From: Eledone cirrhosa
Taxonomy: Eukaryota
Reading direction: 5' to 3'
Assembly: GCA_964016885.1 (NCBI GenBank)
Contig: OZ024740.1
Span: 342,116,001 to 342,180,000 of the forward strand
Length of the DNA stretch: 64,000 bases
Notes under the pieces: generated by a model
Told to the model about the DNA's origin: nothing
The model's input: the letters and a program-made list of their open reading frames with translations, nothing else
Databases searched by the model: none
Program-made: the position numbers and the translations under genes
In this document: positions 1 through 11,110 of the stretch, piece by piece
Layout of the letters: every line of letters begins with the position of its first letter
Numbering within the stretch: position 1 is the first letter of the stretch

Positions 1-948
1 GGATAGCGTCCCGGAGCTTCTTGGTGGTTTTGTCTCTGTTGGTTCTCTTGGACCACATATCATTAGCTCTACTAAGTTATGATCCGAGAGAATTGTTGGT
101 GTCACCTTTACATTGTGGATGAGCACTTCGTTGTTTGTAAAACAGAGGTCCAGGACATTTTCGCCTCTTGTTGGGAGGAGTATTGCTTGCTCCATGAACA
201 GCCTGTGTGTGAGGGCCAGCAGGGATTCCGTCTGTCTCTGTTCTATTGACGTCATTCCAGGGAGGAGGTGGCCCTCAGGCCATTTGTCCTTTGGTAGGTT
301 GAAGTCTCCCAGCAGTAGGATGTTGAGACCCTGGTCCAGTTTGTCAAGGACCTCTTCTATCCTACTTAGGCTATCCTCAAATTTACCCTCATGACTGGGG
401 GCATCGGGCGGCCGATATGTGACACATATTACCGTCTGTAGTTGCTTCATATGTATTATCAGTGTGTCACAGACTGAGTTTGAATATGTCAACAGTACAA
501 TTGGTGTGACATCTTCACGGATATACAGAGCAACCCCACCATGAGTTCTCTCCTTCCTGTCTGAACGAAATACAGTATATTTCGGTATATGTATTTCTGC
601 ATCTGCTATACTGCTTGTCAGGTGTGTTTCGGTTAGTGCCATGCATAGTGCTTGATTGCTTATGGCTAAGTCTCCCAGGTAGGAAATTTTACTCATGTTG
701 CTGAGTTTCACCAGGCCCCTGACATTCAGCAGCAGCACTGGTGTGACTTTTGGGGTGCCAGTAATGGCTGTCGGTATGACACCTGGTCTGGTGTCAACGG
801 CGGCCACTCTGGGTCCCTTAACTGCGGTGGTCTCGAGTGCTGGTGTGGATGACCCTGGCTCTGGAGACGATGCAGCCAGGTCAGCTGTCCCACAATCTTC
901 TCTGCCATCACTAAAAAATTTTTCTGATCTGCTGCTGCCATCTGTATC
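1..948 (-). CDS. CR1/L2-group LINE ORF2, N-terminal APE endonuclease (runs off the left edge)
   Basis: Manual translation is stop-free from 948 to 1: ...LLLNVRGL...ALTETHL...YTVFRSDR..HGGVALYI...TYRPPD...LLGDFNLP...PTRGENVLDLCFTN...SDHNLV. These are canonical APE motifs in CR1-like form. It is missing from the ORF track because it has no stop within the window. Confidence 0.88.
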
Positions 949-1308
949 TCATCGGCATGTGCGTGCCTTCTCCTTGTTGGTGCAGCACGCGCGACATCAG
1001 CATACTTCTGGAGCGGCTTTTTTCGGCTTTGGCTGGGGCATGTTGCGCGAGTATGATGGGCATAGTTCGTTTGAGACCTAGGGTGGGCGAATCTGCATCC
1101 CATCCCTGTCTCTCCATGCCAGCATGTCCCGTTCTTGAAAAACTTGCACATTACTTGGGGTTTTTTGCTCCCAGTGTCTCGGTGCTTTCTGTTCTTTCTT
1201 TGAACAGTTGTCCACTGGTCCCTCTGCGCTTGGTTCTCCTTCGGAAGGTGATTTCGCTTTTCACCCTTGCCCTTAGCTTGTTGGTTGCCCGGCCTGCCCT
1301 CCCTGCCT
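726..1308 (-). CDS. LINE ORF1 C-terminal part with CCCH zinc finger (5'-truncated at an RTE tail)
   Basis: Contains CKFFKNGTCWHGETGMGCRFAHP (C-x7-C-x8-C-x3-H). The frame stays open upstream of the ATG at 1151 to about 1308 and overlaps ORF2. Confidence 0.7.
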
Positions 1309-1310
1309 GT

Positions 1311-1653
1311 ATCATCATCATCATCATCATCAACGTTTAACGTCCGTGTTCCACGCTTGCATAGGTTTGGACGGGGGTAGTCCCACTTGAGGCAAGAGTG
1401 ATTGTCTTGCTCGCATAGGACTGTCTGGCAGGTTTTCTACAGTTGGATGCCCTTCCTAACACCAACCACATTTACAGTTTGGGTCTGGGAGGTCTTTACC
1501 GTGTTGCCTACACGGCCACATTACAGCGTGGACTGTGTGTTTTTTTGTCGTGACACCTACACGATCTCATTTGTTTCGGCCTGGATAGCGCGGCACCAAC
1601 ATAACTTTACATAGAACGGGATGGAGTGGGGGTGGTGGTGGTGGGACGGGGTG

Positions 1654-1657
<4 letters not shown>
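1311..1657 (-). mobile_element. RTE LINE subfamily B, 3' UTR fragment with (GAT)n tail
   Basis: (ATC)n followed by aacgtttaacgtccgtgttccacgcttgca; nearly identical to the 3' UTRs starting at 2702, 5067 and 61334. Confidence 0.85.
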
Positions 1658-1712
<55 letters not shown>

Positions 1713-1967
1713 TACATATATATGTATATATATACATACATATATATATATATATATATAATATATAAGATCAAAAGATGGTTAAAGGAGTTCCTTGTAT
1801 TTTATTATGCGCATCTTATATATTATGTATACTCCAGTCCTACAAACTGTAGAGTGCTTCTTATCCGATATCTGCATTGCTTTATTGTACTACAATAAAA
1901 CTCACCTCCTACATTATATATATATAAATATATATATATATATACATACATATATATATATATATAT
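1658..1967. repeat. (TA)n microsatellites enclosing a ~150-bp Penelope-type pLTR piece (about 1765-1915)
   Basis: ctgtagagtgctt (1847-1859), actccag and tttattgta match the reverse complement of 58750-58792, which lies downstream of the hammerhead at 58846-58907. Confidence 0.55.
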
Positions 1968-2678
1968 AACCGTAATAGACGAGTTACTTGGTATAATGCT
2001 CCATTTAATTTACAAATTAAGGATAATATTGCTAAAAAATTTTTTTATATCCTAGAGAAAAACTTCCCGCCAAACCACAAATACCATCAAATCTTAAATA
2101 GATCAACAGTTAAATTCTCATACTCAACAACCAAAAACATAAAACAAAATATAAGTGCCTATAATGCATATAAATGTAAAAAAACCATAAGTATACCACC
2201 AATACATCAAACTAACCATAATATCTCCTCAAATACAGAATTAACGAAAGGTTGTAACTGTAGAAACAAAGCAAACTGCCCATTAAAAGGAAATTGTCTT
2301 GTTAACAACATAGTTTATAAATGTAAAGTTAAAACTAAAGATTCTATTTGCTCATATATAGGAGCTACTTCTAACAATTTTAAGGTAAGGTTTAATACCC
2401 ACAAACATAGTTTTAAAAATGCCGCACTGGCTAATACAACATCTCTAGCAGAAAAAATTAATAGTTATAGAAATAAGAATATAGAATATGATATGACCTG
2501 GAGTGTGCTCAAAAGAGCCACCCCTTATCAAAATAATAGAAATGAATGTAGATTATGTTCCCAAGAACTATTTGAAATAATGAAATCTAAGGATATCCTA
2601 TTAAATAAGCGACAGGAATTAATTATATCGTGTAATCATAAACTGAGAAAAACATTTAAATATTATAAACCTAATTAA
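1968..2678 (+). mobile_element. Penelope-like element (PLE), C-terminal linker + GIY-YIG endonuclease, 5'-truncated
   Basis: Stop-free frame NRNRRVTWYNAPFN...NFPPNHKYHQILNRSTVKFSYS...GCNCRNKANCPLKGNCLVNNIVYKC...SYIGATSNNFKVRFNTHKHSF...CRLCSQE...LLNKRQELIISCNH; typical PLE motifs. Confidence 0.88.
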
Positions 2679-2701
2679 TAATATATATTTTAGAAATTAA
2701 T

Positions 2702-3958
2702 ATCATCATCATCATCATCATCAACGTTTAACGTCCGTGTTCCACGCTTGCATGGGTTTGGACGGGGGTAGTCCCACTTGAGGCAAGAGTGATTGTCTTG
2801 CTCGCATAGGACTGTCTGGCAGGTTTTCTACAGTTGGATGCCCTTCCTAACACCAACCACATTTACAGTGTGGGTCTGGGAGGTTTTTACCGTGTTGCCT
2901 ACACGGCCACATTACAGCGTGGACTGTGTGTTTTTTTGTCGTGACACCTACACGATCTCATTTGTTTCGGCCTGGATGGCGCGGCACCAACATAACTTTA
3001 CATAGAACGGGGTGGTGTGGATGGGGTGGGGGTGGTGGTGGTGGGACGGGGTGTATTTTGTTAGAGATGCCTACTGGCTGGAGTAGGTTTTACTATATAT
3101 TTAGGTAAGGCGGGTCTTCTCTGTTACTGAGTACCGCCAAAGGTCTCGGTCCAGTGACATTGTCTTGGAGAGGTGTAAGTGTGTGATGTCGGAGTTTATC
3201 AGCTCGTCCCAGGTTTTTCTAGGTCTGCCTATTCCGTGACTACCGTCTATCTTTATTGCCCTGCACTTTGTTATACAGCTATCGACTTTCATGCGCATCA
3301 CGTGTCCATACCAACGTAGCCTTCTCTCGAGTAAACAACATCTGATCCCTCTTATCTCTAATTTTTTCCTTAGTTCGTTTATGCTTTGCCGTTCACGTAT
3401 ATTACTGTTACACATCCAGCGGAGCATGCAAGCTTCGTTCCTCTCTAGTCTGCGTATATCCTCTGCACACAATGCCCAGGTCTCACTGCCATGCAGCATT
3501 GCTGTTCGTATGCAGGCATCGTACAACCTGCCTTTCATTTTTAGTGAGAACCCTTTAGCAGCTAATAGTGGTATAAGCTCTCTGAACTTTTTCCAACCAG
3601 TTCTGACTCTAGCTACAGTACTTTCAGAGCACCCTCCCCCACTGCTGATTTTATCGCCCAGGTAACGGAAGCTGTCCACTATTTCTATAGAACCCTCTGC
3701 GCAATTGAAAGAGCTAGTAGTTTGTGGGCACTTGCTGCTACTTATTGCACCAGAGCACCGGCCACATGTAAAATCTATGTTCTTAGTTAGCTTACCTGTG
3801 ATCCCACTACATCTTTTATGCACCCATACTTTGCATTTAGGACATAAAATGGAGTTTCTACCTACGCCTTTCCTACACACCGAGCACGACCATTTCCCAG
3901 AAGGGACCGCCGCCTTGTTTTCTTTCCTACAAACTAGTACTTTGGTCTTAGCCAGGTT
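2702..3958 (-). mobile_element. RTE LINE subfamily B, 5'-truncated, inserted in the PLE 3' region
   Basis: ORF 3101-3880 is the RT C-terminus with PHD-type finger; (GAT)n tail; candidate 7-bp TSD ttaatat at 2697-2703 and 3957-3963. Confidence 0.9.
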
Positions 3959-3960
3959 AA

Positions 3961-4830
3961 TATAATTTAATTTAAATGTAGTTAACCTATAACTTTAATT
4001 TAATTAAAATTCTACTACAGATGAGATTAAAAAATATTGTGTAATCATAAATTGTGAAAAACTTTAAAATATTATTAACATAATTAATATATACTTTGTA
4101 AATTAATTTATAGATTAATTTTAGTTTATTTAACCTTTTATTAAAATTCCTTTACAGATGAAATATAACAAAATATCGTGTAATCAATAACAGAGAAATA
4201 TTTTTTAATATTATAAACCTAATTAATGTACAATTTAGAAATTTATTTATAAATTAATTTTAATTTAGTTAACATATAATTTTAATTTAATTAGCTTAAA
4301 ATTAAAATTCTAATACAGATGGATTGCAGAATATCATGTAATCATAAACTGAGATAAACTTTTAAATATATACCTAATTAATATATTCTTTACAATTAAA
4401 TATATATATATATATATTAATTTTAATTTTTGTTAACCTATAATTATATTCTACTATAGATAAAATACAAAATCTGCTTTAATTATTATAAACCTAATTA
4501 ACATATACTATAGAAATTAATATATAATTTTTAATTTAGTTAACCTATAATTTATATTCTACTACCGATGAAATACTTGATTTGGTTTTCCCTATTACTA
4601 AATTCATTTCCTAAAATTGATACCATAATGTTAATATTTTTAATTTAGTTATGCTATAATTAATACTCTACTACTGTTTAACTTCAAAATTCCGCTTTAA
4701 ATATTATAAACCTAAGTAGTATACACCTTAGAAATCAATATATTAACTATTTTTAATTTAGTTAACCTATAATTAATAGTCTACTTATATTAAAATGCAT
4801 AATTTTGCCTTCTTTCTTACATTTCCTAAT
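3961..4830 (+). repeat. Degenerate AT-rich tandem repeats (~110-160 bp) derived from the PLE 3' end
   Basis: Recurring tgtaatcataaactgag..aaatattataaacctaatta (same as 2631-2678) and agttaacctataat..ttctacta motifs. Confidence 0.6.
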
Positions 4831-5066
4831 ACTGAAACTACTATGTAAACACATATTATGATCTAAATGCAGATTAATATTCTATGTTCCTTGAAACCTA
4901 TATTTACTATTTCCCACTAATAATTTTAATCCCCCCCCCCCTATAATTATTCGTATTTGTAAGCGTGGATGTATGTATGTGTATGTAAGTATGTATGTAT
5001 GTTTGGGTGTTTGTATGTGAGTATAAAAATACATATGTGCACATGTAAATAAGTGTGTATGATTGT

Positions 5067-5829
5067 ATCATCATCATCATCATCATCATCAACGTTTAAC
5101 GTCCGTGTTCCACGCTTGCATGGGTTTGGACGGGGGTAGTCCCACTTGAGGCAAGAGTGATTGTCTTGCTCGCATAGGACTGTCTGGCAGGTTTTCTACA
5201 GTTGGATGCCCTTCCTAACACCAACCACATTTACAGTGTGGGTCTGGGAGGTTTTTACCGTGTTGCCTACACGGCCACATTACAGCGTGGACTGTGTTTT
5301 TTTGTCGTGACACCTACACGATCTCATTTGTTTCGGCCTCGATGGCACGGTACCAACATAACTTTACATAGAACGGGGTGGTGTGGATGGGGTGGGGGTG
5401 GTGGTGGTGGGACGGGGTGTATTTTGTTAGAGATGCCTACTGGCTGGAGTAGGTTTTACTATATATTTAGGTAAGGCGGGTCTTCTCTGTTACTGAGTAC
5501 CGCCAAAGGTCTCGGTCCAGTGACATTGTCTTGGAGAGGTGTAAGTGTGTGATGTCGGAGTTTATCAGCTCGTCCCAGGTTTTTCTAGGTCTGCCTATTC
5601 CGTGACTACCGTCTATCTTTATTGCCCTGCACTTTGTTATACAGCTATCGACTTTCATGCGCATCACGTGTCCATACCAACGTAGCCCTCTCTCGAGTAA
5701 ACAACATCTGATCCCTCTTATCTCTAATTTTTTCCTTAGTTCGTTTATGCTTTGCCGTTCACGTATATTACTGTTACACATCCAGCGGAGCATGCAAGCT
5801 TCGTTCCTCTCTAGTCTGCGTATATCCTT
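5067..5829 (-). mobile_element. RTE LINE subfamily B, 5'-truncated
   Basis: ORF 5467-5793 is nearly identical to the end of 3101-3880; (GAT)n tail. Confidence 0.9.
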
Positions 5830-8800
5830 GCTGTATTAGCGATAAATTTTCTAGGGTTTCTCTTAGTAGTTTTTTCATGACGTTATTATTGTTAATTTTA
5901 CTGATGTAGTATTAACTTGGATATTTACCATGCGGTATTCTAATCCTATTGTATCTCTCTCAGTTATTTACCATGCGACCCTCAGTTCCTACCCCCCCTC
6001 TCTATGCACTTCTTTAAGGCTTACTACCCTGTCTTTAACCTAATTCATTCAATCTGAAAATATTGAAGAGATAAGATACTTTCCCATTCTTCTCTGCTAA
6101 AATGTATCACTAGAGCTGATTCCAATTATTCCAGCCATCCATCTAATCTACGAAGGTATTTTAGCCTACATATTGTCGTTAATATTATGATGTTCCCTGC
6201 TGTATTAGCGTTAAATTTTCCCTGCTGTATTAGCGATAAATTTTCTAGGGTTTCTCTTAGTAGTTTTTTCATGATGTTATTATTGTTAATTTTACTGATG
6301 TAGTATTAACTTGGATATTTACCATGCGGTATTCTAATCCTATTGTATCTCTCTCAGTTATTTACCATGCGACCCTCAGTTCCTACCCCCCCCTCTCTAT
6401 GCACTTCTTTAAGGCTTACTACCCTGTCTTTAACCTAATTCATTCAATCTGAAAATATTGAAGAGATAAGATACTTTCCTATTCTTCTCTGCTAAAATGT
6501 ATCACTAGAGCTGATTCCAATTATTCCAGCCATCCATCTAATCTACGAAGGTATTTTAGCCTACATATTGTCGTTAATATTATGATGTTCCCTGCTGTAT
6601 TAGCGATAAATTTTCTAGGGTTTCTCTTAGTAGTTTTTTCATGACGTTATTATTGTTAATTTTACTGATGTAGTATTAACTTGGATATTTACCATGCGGT
6701 ATTCTAATCCTATTGTATCTCTCTCAGTTATTTACCATGCGACCCTCAGTTCCTACCCCCCCCCCCCCTCTCTATGCACTTCTTTAAGGCTTACTACCCT
6801 GTCTTTAACCTAATTCATTCAATCTGAAAATATTGAAGAGATAAGATACTTTCCCATTCTTCTCTGCTAAAATGTATCACTAGAGCTGATTCCAATTATT
6901 CCAGCCATCCATCTAATCTACGAAGGTATTTTAGCCTACATATTGTCGTTAATATTATGATGTTCCCTGCTGTATTAGCGTTAAATTTTCCCTGCTGTAT
7001 TAGCGATAAATTTTCTAGGGTTTCTCTTAGTAGTTTTTTTAAACGTTATTATTGTTAATTTTACTGATGTAGTATTAACTTGGATATTTACCATGCGGTA
7101 TTCTAATCCTATTGTATCTCTCTCAGTTATTTACCATGCGACCCTCAGTTCCTACCCCCCCTCTCTATGCACTTCTTTAAGGCTTACTACCCTGTCTTTA
7201 ACCTAATTCATTCAATCTGAAAATATTGAAGAGATAAGATACTTTCCCATTCTTCTCTGCTAAAATGTATCACTAGAGCTGATTCCAATTATTCCAGCCA
7301 TCCATCTAATCTACGAAGGTATTTTAGCCTACATATTGTCGTTAATATTATGATGTTCCCTGCTGTATTAGCGATAAATTTTCTAGGGTTTCTCTTAGTA
7401 GTTTTTTCATGACGTTATTATTGTTAATTTTACTGATGTAGTATTAACTTGGATATTTACCATGCGGTATTCTAATCCTATTGTATCTCTCTCAGTTATT
7501 TACCATGCGACCCTCAGTTCCTACCCCCCCCCTCTCTATGCACTTCTTTAAGGCTTACTACCCTGTCTTTAACCTAATTCATTCAATCTGAAAATATTGA
7601 AGAGATAAGATACTTTCCCATTCTTCTCTGCTAAAATGTATCACTAGAGCTGATTCCAATTATTCCAGCCATCCATCTAATCTACGAAGGTATTTTAGCC
7701 TACATATTGTCGTTAATATTATGATGTTCCCTGCTGTATTAGCGATAAATTTTCTAGGGTTTCTCTTAGTAGTTTTTTCATGACGTTATTATTGTTAATT
7801 TTACTGATGTAGTATTAACTTGGATATTTACCATGCGGTATTCTAATCCTATTGTATCTCTCTCAGTTATTTACCATGCGACCCTCAGTTCCTACCCCCC
7901 CCTCTCTATGCACTTCTTTAAGGCTTACTACCCTGTCTTTAACCTAATTCATTCAATCTGAAAATATTGAAGAGATAAGATACTTTCCCATTCTTCTCTG
8001 CTAAAATGTATCACTAGAGCTGATTCCAATTATTCCAGCCATCCATCTAATCTACGAAGGTATTTTAGCCTACATATTGTCGTTAATATTATGATGTTCC
8101 CTGCTGTATTAGCGTTAAATTTTCCCTGCTGTATTAGCGATAAATTTTCTAGGGTTTCTCTTAGTAGTTTTTTCATGACGTTATTATTGTTAATTTTACT
8201 GATGTAGTATTAACTTGGATATTTACCATGCGGTATTCTAATCCTATTGTATCTCTCTCAGTTATTTACCATGCGACCCTCAGTTCCTACCCCCCTCTCT
8301 ATGCACTTCTTTAAGGCTTACTACCCTGTCTTTAACCTAATTCATTCAATCTGAAAATATTGAAGAGATAAGATACTTTCCCATTCTTCTCTGCTAAAAT
8401 GTATCACTAGAGCTGATTCCAATTATTCCAGCCATCCATCTAATCTACGAAGTTATTTTAGCCTACATATTGTCGTTAATATTATGATGTTCCCTGCTGT
8501 ATTAGCGATAAATTTTCCCTGCTGTATTAGCGATAAATTTTCTAGGGTTTCTCTTAGTAGTTTTTTCATGACGTTATTATTGTTAATTTTACTGATGTAG
8601 TATTAACTTGGATATTTACCATGCGGTATTCTAATCCTATTGTATCTCTCTCAGTTATTTACCATGCGACCCTCAGTTCCTACCCCCCCTCTCTATGCAC
8701 TTCTTTAAGGCTTACTACCCTGTCTTTAACCTAATTCATTCAATCTGAAAATATTGAAGAGATAAGATACTTTCCCATTCTTCTCTGCTAAAATGTATCA

Positions 8801-11110
8801 CTAGAGCTGATTCCAATTATTCCAGCCATCCATCTAATCTACGAAGGTATTTTAGCCTACATATTGTCGTTAATATTACGGTGGATTGGCAGTATCGGTA
8901 GAGGGTCGGACGCCATGCTTTCCAGCATAGTTACGTCCCTTTACGATCTGAGTTCAAATCCCACCGAGGTTGACTTTGCCTTTCATCCTTACGGGGTCGA
9001 TAAAATAAAGTACCAGTAATGCACTGGGTAATTGCTGGCCTTGTGCCTAAAGTAGAAACAGTTAATATTATGATGTTCCCTGCTGTATTAGCGTTAAATT
9101 TTCCCTGCTGTATTAGCGATAAATTTTCTAGGGTTTCTCTTAGTAGTTTTTTCATGACGTTATTATTGTTAATTTTACTGATGTAGTATTAACTTGGATA
9201 TTTACCATGCGGTATTCTAATCCTATTGTATCTCTCTCAGTTATTTACCATGCGACCCTCAGTTCCTACCCCCCCCTCTCTATGCACTTCTTTAAGGCTT
9301 ACTACCCTGTCTTTAACCTAATTCATTCAATCTGAAAATATTGAAGACATAAGATACTTTCCCATTCTTCTCTGCTAAAATGTATCACTAGAGCTGATTC
9401 CAATTATTCCAGCCATCCATCTAATCTACGAAGGTATTTTAGCCTACATATTGTCGTTAATATTATGATGTTCCCTGCTGTATTAGCGATAAATTTTCTA
9501 GGGTTTCTCTTAGTAGTTTTTTCATGACGTTATTATTGTTAATTTTACTGATGTAGTATTAACTTGGATATTTACCATGCGGTATTCTAATCCTATTGTA
9601 TCTCTCTCAGTTATTTACCATGCGACCCTCAGTTCCTACCCCCCCTCTCTATGCACTTCTTTAAGGCTTACTACCCTGTCTTTAACCTAATTCATTCAAT
9701 CTGAAAATATTGAAGAGATAAGATACTTTCCCATTCTTCTCTGCTAAAATGTATCACTAGAGCTGATTCCAATTATTCCAGCCATCCATCTAATCTACGA
9801 AGGTATTTTAGCCTACATATTGTCGTTAATATTATGATGTTCCCTGCTGTATTAGCGTTAAATTTTCCCTGCTGTATTAGCGATAAATTTTCTAGGGTTT
9901 CTCTTAGTAGTTTTTTCATGACGTTATTATTGTTAATTTTACTGATGTAGTATTAACTTGGATATTTACCATGCGGTATTCTAATCCTATTGTATCTCTC
10001 TCAGTTATTTACCATGCGACCCTCAGTTCCTACCCCCCCCTCTCTATGCACTTCTTTAAGGCTTACTACCCTGTCTTTAACCTAATTCATTCAATCTGAA
10101 AATATTGAAGAGATAAGATACTTTCCCATTCTTCTCTGCTAAAATGTATCACTAGAGCTGATTCCAATTATTCCAGCCATCCATCTAATCTACGAAGGTA
10201 TTTTAGCCTACATATTGTCGTTAATATTATGATGTTCCCTGCTGTATTAGCGTTAAATTTTCCCTGCTGTATTAGCGATAAATTTTCTAGGGTTTCTCTT
10301 AGTAGTTTTTTCATGACGTTATTATTGTTAATTTTACTGATGTAGTATTAACTTGGATATTTACCATGCGGTATTCTAATCCTATTGTATCTCTCTCAGT
10401 TATTTACCATGCGACCCTCAGTTCCTACCCCCCTCTCTATGCACTTCTTTAAGGCTTACTACCCTGTCTTTAACCTAATTCATTCAATCTGAAAATATTG
10501 AAGAGATAAGATACTTTCCCATTCTTCTCTGCTAAAATGTATCACTAGAGCTGATTCCAATTATTCCAGCCATCCATCTAATCTACGAAGGTATTTTAGC
10601 CTACATATTGTCGTTAATATTATGATGTTCCCTGCTGTATTAGCGATAAATTTTCTAGGGTTTCTCTTAGTAGTTTTTTCATGACGTTATTATTGTTAAT
10701 TTTACTGATGTAGTATTAACTTGGATATTTACCATGCGGTATTCTAATCCTATTGTATCTCTCTCAGTTATTTACCATGCGACCCTCAGTTCCTACCCCC
10801 CCCCCTCTCTATGCACTTCTTTAAGGCTTACTACCCTGTCTTTAACCTAATTCATTCAATCTGAAAATATTGAAGAGATAAGATACTTTCCCATTCTTCT
10901 CTGCTAAAATGTATCACTAGAGCTGATTCCAATTATTCCAGCCATCCATCTAATCTACGAAGGTATTTTAGCCTACATATTGTCGTTAATATTATGATGT
11001 TCCCTGCTGTATTAGCGATAAATTTTCTAGGGTTTCTCTTAGTAGTTTTTTCATGACGTTATTATTGTTAATTTTACTGATGTAGTATTAACTTGGATAT
11101 TTACCATGCG
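5830..11110. repeat. Tandem array of 13 full + 1 partial ~370/395-bp monomers abutting the RTE 5' UTR
   Basis: Unit starts (ctgtattagcgataaa) at about 5831, 6225, 6595, 6995, 7363, 7734, 8129, 8522, 9108, 9478, 9872, 10267, 10635 and 11007. Units differ mainly by an optional 25-bp subrepeat and the length of a poly-C run. Confidence 0.95.
8879..9060 (+). mobile_element. tRNA-derived SINE inserted into the monomer array
   Basis: A box tggcagtatcgg, B box gagttcaaatccc; perfect 10-bp TSD gttaatatta (8869-8878, 9061-9070). Confidence 0.9.

Noticed and set aside
6040-6130. Monomer minus strand resembling RTE endonuclease codons (LAEK..)
   Set aside because: Only about 12 nt of similarity and the frames contain stops; not distinguishable from chance.
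8879-9060. tRNA gene
   Set aside because: A and B boxes are present, but there is no cloverleaf; it is multi-copy with a tail and TSDs, so it is a SINE.
5830-11110. CRISPR-like array next to a reverse transcriptase
   Set aside because: Units are contiguous ~370-395-bp repeats without unique spacers. The only unique insert is a SINE with a TSD, there are no cas genes, and the context is eukaryotic.
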